Below, in pieces: positions 27,095-40,074 of a stretch of 64,000 nt of DNA. The position numbers and the translations under genes were made by a program. This DNA comes from Pristiophorus japonicus (lineage: Eukaryota). The notes beneath the pieces are model-generated. The model had not been told where the DNA came from. It saw only the letters and a list, made by a program, of their open reading frames with translations, and did not search any database. The stretch is from positions 11,408,001 to 11,472,000 of the forward strand of contig NC_092008.1 of the NCBI RefSeq assembly GCF_044704955.1. Direction: 5' to 3'. Position 1 is the first letter of the stretch. The number at the start of each line of letters is the position of its first letter.

Positions 27095-27510
27095 TAACAC
27101 AAAACCGCGTCGCCCCGCGGCTCGCGTTTCCATGCGATTCCACCTAAACACGCTTGACAAACTCAACACACAGCCGCGTCGCCCCGCGGCTCGTGTCTCC
27201 ACGCGATTCCACCGAAACACGCTTGACAAACTCAACACACAGCCGCGTCGCCCCGCGGCTCGCGATTCCACCGAAACACGCTTGACAAACTCAACACACA
27301 GCCGCGTCGCCCCGCGGCTCGCGTCTCCACGCGATTCCACCGAAACACGCTTGACAAACTCAACACACAGCCGCGTCGCCCCGCGGCTCGCGTCTCCACG
27401 CGATTCCACCGAAACACGCTTGACAAACTCAACACACAACCGCGTCGCCCCGCGGCTCGCGTCTCCACGCTATTCCACCGAAACACGCTTGATAAACTCA
27501 ACACACAACG
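27095..27510. repeat. 69-bp tandem repeat x6 in the ERV-B leader
   Basis: ttga(c/t)aaact at 27154, 27223, 27282, 27351, 27420 and 27489; CpG-rich core shared with the ERV-A repeats. Confidence 0.95.
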
Positions 27511-28874
27511 ACTTACAGAAATCAGCACTGACTTTCGAGGTTCGCGTTGCTGCGCGTTCGCGTTGGCCCACGTTTACGCGCGCGTGCGCCGCCGCCGCAC
27601 GTCTCGCGTCACCACGCGTTTACGTTGCCGTGCGTCTGCGTCTGCCTTTCTCCACTCGGCCGCACGCTCGCGCCGCTGCGCATCTCGCGTCGTTGCGCGT
27701 CAGCGCTGCTGCGCGTTCGCGTCGGCCCTACCTTCCGAATTGCTGCGGGCTTTAAATTCAATCAGTGCCTAGACGGGCCAAGTGATATACAAGGTCGACG
27801 TCATACCTGAATTGAACACCTATCCTCTATTTAATTCCCCATAAGCCTTATTTTATTCCCTGTGAGCCTAATTTTCTAAATTTGATTTCTTATGAGCCTT
27901 ATTTAATTTCTTTTAGTCTCCAAATTTCCCTATCCTTTCGCGTCACTGCGCAGTTTAAATCCAATCAGTCAATGAAAGCCCTAATTTAATGGAGTTTTTC
28001 TGCCTACTGGACAGGAGTGATTTATTTTTTTTTAGACTGCAGTGGAATTTTTCTCATAATTTAAAATCTCAGAACATTTTGTTTTCAGCACCTATTTAGT
28101 ACGTTACTTTTTTTTGTCTTTTCCATAACTAGAGAGAAGTCTGGCACGTAGGCTGTGGACTGCTTTTCGTTGTCTCAATTGTTCCAGCCTCAAGGTCGTG
28201 TTATTTAATATAATATTTTTTTTGAATCCTTTTGAATCCATCTCAGTTGTTTTGCTGTGCCTTCTCTGAATGTTTTCTTTCAACAAGTTTTTCTTTTTCT
28301 TTTAACAAACCTATCCTTTGTGCATTTCCTGGCTCCGTAACTTATCATCCGAATATACGTAATTCAATAAGGTTCACACTCTTAAACTTCCCACATACAG
28401 GACAACACTACGAAGGGTTAAAACAAACTTTCATTCTATTTGAGATAAAACAAACCACAACTTCCCGGCTTTTTTTTTTACAGTAAAAATCACAGAAGCA
28501 TTTCTCATTTAAACAGACGTTCACAAGAGTCTCTTTTCTTACGTATTAATTTTTGGATCCATGATTGATCATCTATCCCTATCTAGCTCTAACTATAACC
28601 TATCTTTCCAAGTCGCCGCTTGGTTTGCGTCATCGCGCAATTTCCCTATCTCTATCCCTATTCTAAGTTTGAAAGGTATTCACCAGATTGTCCTGGATCT
28701 CGTTCAGACACTACCTGAGAACCAGCGAGTGGCTAAACTTTCCTCAGACTTTTGAAACCGGGGGAAACTGGAGCAGTATTGAAATCATACTCACTCCAGT
28801 GGCCACTTTCCCCTCGTCTCGTCCAAGGCTAGTCTGGCTCTTAATTCGCAAGTTTTTGGCAGTCGTCCGTTGAG

Positions 28875-28892
28875 ATTCCACTTCTGACACCA
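28875..28892 (-). promoter_or_regulatory. ERV-B primer binding site, tRNA-Leu
   Basis: TGGTGTCAGAAGTGGAAT, one mismatch to the ERV-A PBS, 2 nt from the LTR. Confidence 0.88.
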
Positions 28893-28894
28893 AA

Positions 28895-29437
28895 TGTAAA
28901 TGTAGATTCTTTTCTCTCAATCTGGTTCAGTAAAATTACTGAGTCGAATACCTCTTGTGCTTTGAACAAAGCAGTCTTTATTTTACCGGCCGGCAAGACC
29001 TATCAGACAGAAGATATACCCTCTGGATAGAGCGTACACACTCCCTACGGATAGGTGAAGTTACATCGTAAAGCGACAACAGTTATACATTCTCGGCAAA
29101 AGATAACAAGATAGGGCTAGAGTGACATCCTAGTTCAACCTATCTCTTTTGGTCCCTCTTTCCCTTTGTCCACTCATAAGCCGACCTAAGTATGGTCTGA
29201 TTTTAAACAAAGACTTTCTGTTAATGTTTCAGGTTAATAACATGATTTAATAAGACCTTGAGGTTTTTCTGCAAGCTGTGGGTTTTGTTTCAATATGTGT
29301 TAGTGTTGTAACATTTTGCAGTCTCGAGTCAGAGATGTCATGGCTATTCCTCCATGAATTCTTTGTTAGCTTATACTGTCCCTATACAATTCCCACGTTC
29401 TCAACTTCAATGTCTCTATACATTTTAAACATTCACA
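28895..29437 (-). repeat. ERV-B 5' LTR
   Basis: TGTAAATG…CATTCACA inverted termini (7/8); same length as the 3' LTR. Confidence 0.95.
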
Positions 29438-31545
29438 TTAGGACAGGTAGAGACGTTGGTTAAGAAGGCATACGGATAATTGCCTTTATTAGCCTAGGCA
29501 TGGAATATAAGAGCAGGGAGGTTATGCTTGAAATGAATAAAACACTAGTTAGGCCACAGCTAGAGTACTGCGTGCAGTTCTGGTCACCACATTACAGGGA
29601 AAATGTGGTTACAGGCGAGAGGGTACAGAGCAGATTCACCAGGATGTTGCTTGAACTGGAGAATTTTTGCTACGAGGAAAGATTGGATAGTCTGAGGTTG
29701 TTTCCTTTGAAACATAGGAGTCAGAGGGGAGACCTGATTGAGGTGTATAAAATTATGAGGGGCCTAGATAAAGTGGATAGAACCTACTCTGCTTAGCAGA
29801 GGGGTCAATAATCAGAGGGGTCAATAATCAATAGATTAAAAGTAATTCATAGGAGGTTTTGAGGGGATTTGAGGAGAATGTTTTTCACCCAGAGGGTGGT
29901 GGAGGCCTGAAATGGCGATAGAGGCAGAAGCCCTCAAAGTATTTAAAAGGTACTTGGATATGTACTTGAAGTACAGTAACCGACAGGGCTGCGTACCGAG
30001 AGCTGGAAAGTGAGATTAGGCTGGATAGCTCTTTGTCAGCCGGCACAGATACGATGGGCCAAATGGCCTCCTTCCTTGCTGTAAATTTCTATGATTCCAT
30101 TCTTCACAGCTTACTGTCCCACCTAGCTTTGTATTGACAGCAAATTTGGATACATTACACTCGGTCCCTTCATCTAGGTCATAACATAGATTGTAAATAG
30201 CTGAGGCTCCAGCACTGGTTCTTGCGGCACTCGACTAGTTACAGCCTGCCAACCAGAAAAACACCCAATTATCCATAATCTCTGATTTCTGCCCGTTAAC
30301 CAATACTCTATCCATGCTATTATATTACCCCCTATCCCATGAGCCCTTATCTTGTGTAATAACCTTTTAAGTGCACTGTATCCAATGCCTTTTGGAAATC
30401 CAAATATACTACATCCACTGGTTTCATTTATCTTCCATTTAGTTACATCCTCAAAAAATTGTAAGATATTTGTCAAACACGATTTCCCTTGCATAAAACC
30501 ATGTTGACTCTGCCTAACCAAGTTATGATTATCTAATTGCCCTGACACCACTTCCTTAACAATGGATTCCAACATTTTTCCTGATGTCAGGCTAACTGGC
30601 CTGTAGTTCCATGTTTTCTCTCCCTCCTTTCTTGAATAGCGGTGTTACATTTGCTACCTTCCGATCCATTAGGACCGTTCTAGAATCTAGGGAATATTGG
30701 GAGATCAAAACCAATGCATCCACTATCTCTGCAGCCATCTCTTTTAGAACCCCAGGATATAGGCCATCAGGTCCGGGGGATTTGTCTGTTTTAGTCCCAT
30801 TAAGTTTCTCTAGTACATTTTCTCTACTTATATTAATTACATTAAGTTCCTCAACCTCATTAGACACTTTGTTTCTCCCATCATTTTGTTATGTTTTTGT
30901 GTCTTCTACTGTGAAGACAGATACAAAATATTTGTTTAACGTTACTGCCATTTCCTAGTTCCCCATAATAATTTCTCCTGTCTCAGCTGCTAAGGGACAA
31001 TTGTTTATTTTTGCTACTCTCTTCCTTTTTACATACTTGTAGAAGCTCTTACAATCTATTTCTATATTTAGTGCTAATTTTCTCTCCTATTCTTTTTTCC
31101 CTTTTATCAATTTTTTGTCATTGTTTGCTGGCTTTCTGAAACACTCCCAATCCTCAGGCTTACTACTATGCTTTGCAGCATTATATGCTTCCTTTTTTCA
31201 AGCTAATGCTATCCTTATCTTCTTTAGTTAAACACGGATGGATCACATTTCCCGTGGAGTTTTTGTTTCTAAATGGAATGTATTTTTGTTGAGAATTATG
31301 AAATATTTATTTAAATGATAGCCACTGCTTATTTACTGCCATACCGTTCAGTGTATTTTCTGATATACCTTAGCCAACGTGCCCCACAGACCTGTGTAGG
31401 TAGTTTCGAATTTAGGTAAGTCATGCTCAAATTTAACGTGAAATTCTTTAATATTATGATCACTCTGCCCCAAAGGTTCCCTTACTATGAGATTGCTAAT
31501 TAACCCTGCATCATTACATAATACAAGATCTAAAATAGCCTGTTA
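29438..31545. mobile_element. CR1 fragments (29438-30100 plus, continuing 22020-22253; 30100-31545 minus)
   Basis: [15 protein letters not shown]; KSPGPDGLYP; QHGFMQGKSCLTN. Confidence 0.85.
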
Positions 31546-32604
31546 CCCATCTTTCTGATCCATATCTATTATTCCCGCATCAATCACACCCTCATTAATC
31601 AGATCCCCATCACTTAGGGACCCATCTATCAGATCCGCTTCTGTCAGACCCAGAACTATCAGATCCCCGTCCATCAGACCCACATATATCACAGCTGCAT
31701 CTGTTATATCCCCATCCATCAAACTCACATCTGTCAGATCCCATATATGAGATTTCCATCTGTCATACACGCATAGTTAGACATCATCTATCAAAACCCC
31801 ATCAAACTCTCATCAATCAGGTCTCTACCTATCATACCTACAAGAATCAGACCCCATCTCTCATATCCCCATTTATCATTTCACCATCTAAAAGATCCCC
31901 ATCTATTCGATGCCCATCTATTTGATCTATCCATCAGACACATATCAAACAGAGCCACCTCTGTTAGCTCCTACCTATCAGACCTAAATCTCTCATAATT
32001 ACATAGGTCAGACCCTCAGCTTTCCCTTACCCAACTATCAGAACCTCACCTAGCAGAACTATATCTATCAATTCCGATCAGTTAGATCTTCATCTAACAA
32101 ACCCACATCTACTACACCTCATGTTTCAAAACACCATCTATCATGAGAATTTCGTCTCTCAGGGAGTTGCAAATCTGTGGAATTCGCGGCCTCAGAGAGC
32201 TGTGGAAGCCGGGACATTGAATAAATTTAAGACAGAGATAGACAGTTTCTTAACCGATAAGGGGTTAAGCGGTTATAGGGAGTGGGCAGGGAAGTGGAAC
32301 TGAGTCCATGATTGGATCAGCCATGATCATATTAAATGGTGGAGCAGGCTCGAGGGGCCGTATGGACTACTCCTGCTCCTATTTCTTAGGTTCTTATATT
32401 AGACTCCAAGCAATCTGACTCCAGCCATCAGACACACATCTGCCAGAGCCGCCTCTGTTACATCTTACCTATCAGAACCATGTCTCCCTGACCTAACGAT
32501 GCCAGAGCCTCTTCTGGCCGAGCCATATCTATCATATTCCATCCATCACACCCCTATCTGTCAGCCGCCCATTTATCAGACACAATCCATTAGTTCCATA
32601 TCTA

Positions 32605-33440
32605 CCAGACCCCCATCAATCAGACCCCCATCAATCGGACTCCCATCAATCGGACTCCCATCAATCGGACTCCCATCAATCGGACTCCCATCAATCGGAC
32701 TCCCATCAATCGGACTCCCATCAATCGGACTCCCATCAATCGGACTCCCATCAATCGGACTCCCATCAATCGGACCCCCATCAATCGGACTCCCATCAAT
32801 CGGACCCCCATCAATCGGACCCCCATCAATCGGACCCCCATCAATCGGACCCCCATCAATCGGACCCCCATCAATCGGACCCCCATCAATCGGACCCCCA
32901 TCAATCGGACCCCCATCAATCGGACCCCCATCAATCGGACCCCCATCAATCAGCCCCCCATCAATCAGCCCCCCATCAATCAGCCCCCCATCAATCGGAC
33001 CCCCATCAATCGGACCCCCATCAATCGGACCCCCATCAATCGGACCCCCATCAATCGGACCCCCATCAATCGGACCCCCATCAATCAGCCCCCCATCAAT
33101 CAGCCCCCCATCAATCAGCCCCCCATCAATCAGACCCCCATCAATCAGACCCCCATCAATCAGACCCCCATCAATCAGACCCCCATCAATCAGACTCCCA
33201 TCAATCAGATTCCCATCAATCGGACCCCCATCAATCGGACCCCCATCAATCGGAGCCCCATCAATCAGACTCCCATCAATCGGACCCCCATCAATCGGAC
33301 CCCCATCAATCGGACCCCCATCAATCGGACCCCCATCAATCGGACTCCCATCAATCGGACTCCCATCAATCGGACTCCCATCAATCGGACCCCCATCAAT
33401 CGGACCCCCATCAATCAGACCCCCATCAATCAGACCCCAA
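32605..33440 (-). repeat. Homogeneous 15-bp satellite array (CCCCATCAATCGGAC)n, ~55 units
   Basis: Direct reading; blocks of variant units (gactccca, gacccc, cagccc). Confidence 0.97.
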
Positions 33441-34169
33441 TCTATAAGGGATCTTTCAGATCCCCATTTAACATACCCGAATCTATCAGAACTCATCCAT
33501 CAGAACCCCAACCCTCAGACGATCATCAAAGTACATCCAACTATCATAAACGTGTCTGTCAGAGCCGGATCCATTAGATCCCCATTCATCAGACCCACAT
33601 CTGTCAGATGCACATCTTTTAGCCCCCATCTGTTTGATCCACATCTATCGAACATACATCATTCAGACCCCCGTCAATAAGACTCCAGTTTATCAGATCA
33701 CCATATAACCTAGCCACATCTGCCAGATCGCACTCCTCAAATTCGAATTCAACATACCCACACTTTCAGACCCCATATATCAGAACCCCATCCATCAGAC
33801 CCACAACTATTTTCAACTAACTATTAGATCCAAGTCTGTTAGATCATAGCTGTTAGATCACCATCTATCGTACACACATCTGTCAGACCCACATCTATCA
33901 GGGAACCAATTCTCAGATCCACATCTTTAGCAGGCCATGTATCCAAAAGCCACCTGTCAGGCGCCCACCTGTCTGACTTACATATTACATTCACATCAAT
34001 CCGACCCCAATCTACCAAATTCCATGTATCAGGCACCTCTCTATCAGACCGGCATCAATCCATTACACTCCCATCTATTTGTTGCACAACTGTCAAACCC
34101 ATGTCTATCGGATCCACATGTATCAGATGCCATCTGTCAGAGGCCCATCAGTCAAACTCCCACCTATCA

Positions 34170-35430
34170 GTCAACAACAACAACAACTTGCAGTTATATA
34201 GTGCCTTTAACTGAGTGAAACATCCCAAGGCATTTCACAGGAGTAGTATGAGATTTACAAAATTGACAACGAGCTGCATAAGTAGAAATTAGAGCATGTG
34301 ACCAAAAGCTAGATCAAAGACGTATGTTTTAAGGAGCTTCTTGAAGGAGGAAAGAGAGGTAGAGAGGTGGAGAGGTGGAGAGGTTTAGGGAGGGAGTTTT
34401 AGAGCTTGGGGCCCAGGCAACAGAAGGCACGGGCACCAATGGTGGAGCGATTATAATCAGGGATGCTCAAGGGTGCAGAATTAGAGGAGTGCAGACATCT
34501 CGGGGAGTTGTGGGGCTGGAGGAGGTTACAGAGATAGGGAGAGGTGTAGGGGCTGGAGGGGGTTACAGAGATAGGGAGAGGTGTAGGGGCTGGAGGGGGT
34601 TACAGAGATAGGGAGAGGTGTAGGGGCTGGAGGGGGTTACAGAGATAGGGAGGGGCGAGGCCATGGAGGGACATGAAAATAAGCATGATCATTTTGAAAT
34701 GGATCTGTTGCTTAACCCGGAGCCAATGTAGGTCAGCGAGCACAGGGGGTGATGGGTGAGTGGGACTCGGTGTGAGTTAGGACACGGGGGCAGTGAGCAC
34801 AGGGGGTGATGGGTGAGTGGGACTCGGTGCGAGTTAGGACACGGGACAGTGAGCACAGGGGGTGATGGGTGAGTGGGACTCGGTGCGAGTTAGGACACGG
34901 GTCAGTGAGCACAGGGGGTGATGGGTGAGTGGGACTCGGTGTGAGTTAGGACACGGGGGCAGCGAGCACAGGGGGTGATGGGTGAGTGGGACTCGGTGTG
35001 AGTTAGGACATGGGGCAGTGAGCACAGGGGGTGATGGGTGAGTGGGACTCGGTGTGAGTTAGGACACGGGGACAGCGAGCACAGTGGGTGATGGGTGAGC
35101 GGAACTCGGTGCAAGTTAGGACACGGGGACAGCGAGCACAGTGGGCGATGGGTGAGCGGAACTCGGTGCGAGTTAGGACACGGGGGCAGACGAGTTTTGG
35201 ATCACCTCAAGTTTACGTCGGGTAGAGTGTGGGAGGCCAGCCAGGAGTGCATTTGAACAGTCAAGTCTGGAGGTAATAAAGGCACGGATGAGGGCTTCAG
35301 CAGCAGGTGAGCTGAGGCAGGGGAGGAGATGGGCGATGTTACAGAGGCGGTAATAGGTGGTCTTAGTCATGCTGTGGATATGTGGTCAAAAGCTCATTTC
35401 AGGGTCAAATATAAAACCACGTTTGCAATG
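34170..35430 (-). mobile_element. L2-clade LINE 3' fragment containing two internal minisatellites
   Basis: AFITSRLDCSNALLAGLP and KLEVIQNS motifs; 37-bp unit x4 (34510-34650) and 56-57-bp unit x8 (34735-35190). Confidence 0.87.
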
Positions 35431-37554
35431 TATCAGGTCTCTATAAACCTGTCCCACGTCTGTCAGAACCCATCTATCTGATCCATACCCATCGGACCCC
35501 ATCTTGCAGACCTATGTATGTCAGTCCCTCATCTTTTCGTTACGCTTCTATCAGACACATATCTCACAGGCCTACATATGTTAGACTCTCATTTGTCCGC
35601 CCACCATCTATCAGATTCCCATCAATCAGATCCCCTCAATCAGATCCCTATCTGTCAGACGCCCATTTATCAAACACAATCCATTAGCTACACATCTATT
35701 AGACCCCCCTCATTCAGACCTCCGTCAATAAGACCCCCATCTATCAAACCCCCGTCTGTCATATGCACATCTGTCACAACACATCTATCAGATCCCTAGT
35801 TAACGAACCCACTGCTTTCAAAATGCATATATCAGAACCCCATCCATCAGACTTTTATCAAAGTACAACCAATTATCAGACCCATATCTGCCAGAACCCA
35901 TTTATTAGATACCCATCTATTGTATCCACATCTGTCATCTTCCCGTCCATCTGACCCACATCTGTCAGACGCAAATCTTTCAGTCCCCATTAGTTAGATG
36001 CACTTCTATCAGACCGGCATCACTCAGACCCCATAAGAAGACTGCTATTTATCAAACCCCATCTATCATATCCCAATCTGTCAGATCACATTGATCAGAT
36101 CCGCATTCAATATACCCACATCTTCCAGACTCCATATATCGGAACCCCATCCATCAGACCCGCATCTATATTTAACCAACTATTAGACCGATGACTGATC
36201 AGTCTCATCTGTTGGATCACCATCTATCGTACCTATATCTGTCACACCCCATGTATCAGATCCCCATCCATCAGACCCTCATTTGACAGACATCCAAAAA
36301 ATAGACCCACTATCTAAAAGAACCGTATTTGTCACACTCATATCTTTGAGAACTCACCTGTTGGATCCATATTGGTCAGACTCACAAATGTCAGAGCCCC
36401 TTTATCAGACCCCCATCTATCACACCGATATCTGTGAGATGCCATCCATCAGAATACTATCCTTCAGATCCTCATCTATCAGATACACATCTATCCTACC
36501 CACATCTGTCAGACCCCATCTATCAGAAGCCCATCTACCAGACCCTTATCTAACAGACACCCACCAATCATACCCACATCTTTTCGAGGCCATCGATCAG
36601 ATACCCATTGTCAGGCTCAGACCAGCCTGACTATCAGTCCCACATCAATCCGATTCCACATCGACCAAATGTATCAGACACCCATCGATCATACCTGCAT
36701 CAATTATCCCTGATCCATCAGACCCCCATCTATTTTTTGAACATCTGTCATACCCACCTCTGTCAGACCAGGATCTATGGGATCCACATGTGTCAGCATC
36801 CATCTGTCAGAGGCCCATCAGTCCCTATCAGGCCACCATTTGTTACGTGCCTATGTATTTGTCCCACATCTTTCAGATCCCATCTATCTGATCCAGATCG
36901 ATCATATCCACATCAATCAAATCCCCATCAATCAGAGCCTCTTTCAATCAGAGCTGCATCAATCAGACCCCATCAATCAGAACCTCATCAATCAAATCCC
37001 CATCAATCAGAATCTCATCAATCAGACCTCACCTATCAGCATCCATCTTTCAGACCTACATGTGTCAGACCCTTAACTTTCCGTTACCCATCTATCTGAC
37101 CCACTTCGATAGACCCAGGTTTAATGATGGGGTTCTGATAGATGCTATCTAATAGATGTGTGCATAATAGATGGGCATTGTAAAATCTCATCTGTATGAT
37201 CTTCATCTATCGGTCCCACATCTGGCAGATTCTATCTATCAGAACATCATCCATCAGACCCTGATCTGTCAGACCCCATTGATCAGATGGCCATCTATCA
37301 TACACACATCTGTTAGACACCAAATATCACCTCACCATCTAAAACATCCTCATCTATTAGACCCCCATCTATCTGACTCCATGCATCAGACACACATCTT
37401 TCAGACACGCATCTCCCTCACCTATATATGTCAGACCCTCATTTCTCAAAACCCCACCTGTCTCATCCCCATCTATCCAAATGCCATCAATCAGACCTGT
37501 GTCTACCAGGCCCCATCGATCAGAACCACATCTTTCAGAGCCCATCTACCTGTT

Positions 37555-37870
37555 ATGGGAACGGTAGCATAGTGGTAATGTTACGCGACCAGAAATACAG
37601 AGGTCTGGACTAATGTTCATGAGGCATAAGTTGTAATCCCAGCATGGGTGCTGCGGAATTTAAATTCAGTTAATGCAATAAATCTGGAACAAAAAGCTTG
37701 TATCAGTAATGCTGACAACGAAACTGCCAGATTGTCTCAAAACCCTTGTGCTTAATTCTTAAATGCCCTCCGAAATGGCCCAGCAAGCCATTAAGTTGTA
37801 ACAAACCGCTACAAAGAAGTATATGAAGAATAAGACCGGATGGACCACTTGGCATTGACCTAGGCACCTG
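37555..37870 (+). mobile_element. tRNA-headed SINE-like sequence
   Basis: A-box-like GGTAGCATAGTGG, degenerate B-box GTTGTAATCCC, and a body resembling Deu-domain SINEs (recalled, not searched). Confidence 0.45.
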
Positions 37871-37879
37871 ATGCTACAA

Positions 37880-39520
37880 AGGTACATCCAGCCCAGTGGG
37901 CACAGCACAACGGATCCCCCTGAGGTCCCTACCGTCACAGAAGCCAGCCTTCAGCCACTTTTATTCACTCCAGGTGATATCAAGAAATGGCTGAGCGCAC
38001 TGGACACAGCAAAGGTTATGGGCCCCGGCAACATTCCGGCTGTTGTGCTGAAGACTGGTGCTCCAGAACTAGCCGCACCTCTAGCCAAGCTGTTCCAGTA
38101 AAGTTACAACACTGGCATCTATCCGACAATGTGGAAAACTGCCCAGGTATGTCCTGTCCACAAAAAGCAGAACAAATTCATCCGGCCAATTACTGCCCCA
38201 TCAGTCTACTCCCAATCATCAGCAAAGTGATGGAAGGTGTTGTCGACAGTGCTATCAAGCGGCACTTGCTCACCGATGCTCAGTTTAGGTTCCGCCAGGA
38301 CCACTTGACTCCACATCTCATCACAGCCTTAGTCCAAACATGGACAAAAGAGCTGAATACCAGAGGTGAGGTGAGAGTGACTGCCCTCGACATCAAGGCA
38401 GCATTTTACCAAGTGTGGCACCAAGGAGCCCCAGTAAAACTGGTCAATGGGAATCAGGGGGAAAACTCTCCAATGGCTGGAGTCATAGCTAGCACAAAGG
38501 AAGATGTGGTTGTTGGAGGCCAATAATCACAGTCCCAGGACATCGCTGCAGGAGTTCCTCAGGGCAGTATCCTAGGCCCAACCATCTTCAGCTGCTCCAT
38601 CAATGACCTTCCCTCCATCATAAGGTCAGAAGTGGGGATGTTTGCTGATGATTGCACAGTGTTCAGTTCCATTCACAACACCACAGATAATGGAATAATC
38701 CATGTTCGCAAGCAACAAGACCTGGATGACATTCAGGCTTGGGCTGATAAGTGGCAAGTAACATTCGTGACACAACAAGTGACAGGCAATGACTATCTCC
38801 AACAATCGAGAGTCTAACCACCATCCCTTGAGAATCAACGGCATTACCATCGCTGAATCTCCCACTATCAACATCCTGAGGATCACCATTGACCAGAAAC
38901 TTACTGGGTCAGCCACATAAATACTGTGGCCACAAGAGGGGTCAGAGGCTGGGTATTCTGTGGCGAGAGTCTCACCTCCTGACTCCCCAAAGCCTTTCCA
39001 CCATCTACAAGGCACAAGTCAGGAGTGTGATGGAACACTCTCCACTTGCCTGGATGAGTGCAGCTCCAGCAACACTCAAGAAGCTCGACACCATCCAGGA
39101 CAAAGCAGCCCGCTTGATTGGCACTCTACCCACCACCTTCAACATTCACTCCCTCCACCACCGGCACACCATAGCTGCAGTGTGTACCATCTACAAGAGG
39201 CAATGCAACTCACCAAGGCTTCTTCAGCATCACCTCCCAAACAGGTGACCTCCACCGCCTAGAAGGACAAGGGCAGCAGGTGCATGGGAACACCATTACC
39301 TCCACGTTCCCCTCCAGGTCGCACACTATCTTGACTTGGAAATACATCGCCATTCCTTTATTGTCACTGAATCAAAATCCTAAAACAACATCCCTAACAC
39401 CTTCACCACATGGACTGCAGCAGTTCAAGAAGGCAGCTCACCACCACATTCTCAAGGGGCAAATAGGGATGGGCAATAAATTCTGGCCTTGCCAGCACCG
39501 CCTACATCCCATGAATGAAT
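37880..39520 (+). mobile_element. CR1/L2-group LINE RT and 3' end
   Basis: ALDIKAAF, GVPQGSILGP, FADD and KAQVRSVMEHSPLAW. Confidence 0.88.
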
Positions 39521-40074
39521 AAACCCCCCCCCCCCTTCATTTTCCAGACACCTATAAAGTAGATGACATCTTTCCGATCCCATCTTTCTAACAGAAACGC
39601 ACCTGTCAGATGTACATCTTTGAGAGCCCATTTGTTGAATCCATATTTGCCAGACCCACATCTGCCAGACACCATCTATCAGAATACCATCCATCAGACC
39701 ATATCTATCAAATGCCAATCTATCAGACCCTCGTCTATTAGATCGCCATTTATTTTACCCACATCTTTCAGATGCTATCCATGACTCACCCATCTATCAG
39801 ACGCTATCCGTCTGATTCTATCTAATAGACACAAATGTATTCGACCCCTATCCTTCAAACATCATCTCTGCCTTAGGCGATGTCTGCTAGGTGGAAGTCG
39901 GATAGATGTGGGTCTAATAGATAGAATCAGAAAGGTGGGGGTTTGAGATTTGGGGTTTTCATTGCTGGCATCAGAAAGGTGATGTGGGTATGATAGATGG
40001 TGGTCTGATGCATGAGGGTTTGATCCATGGAGATCTGATAGATGGAGTTCTGATCAGTGTGGTATGACAGATGT

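Larger units (their letters stand above)
22254..29437 (-). mobile_element. Endogenous retrovirus ERV-B, two-LTR provirus with internal deletions (7184 bp), inserted in a CR1 fragment
   Basis: Paired 543-bp LTRs, PBS, PPT, and gag-pro-2H-RNaseH-IN remnants. The flanking CR1 reads through across the insertion (…ctgaaggtagcag / gacaggtag…). TSD imperfect (gcag vs ttag). Confidence 0.95.
31545..37550 (-). repeat. Degenerate 15-bp satellite tract (C-rich on +) with embedded LINE pieces
   Basis: Variants of atcagaccccatct throughout; CR1 3' end at ~32145-32400. Confidence 0.88.

Noticed and set aside
27095-27510. CRISPR-like array (also 3303-4110)
   Set aside because: The inter-repeat sequences are themselves identical (true tandem repeats), there are no cas genes, and the context is a eukaryotic provirus.
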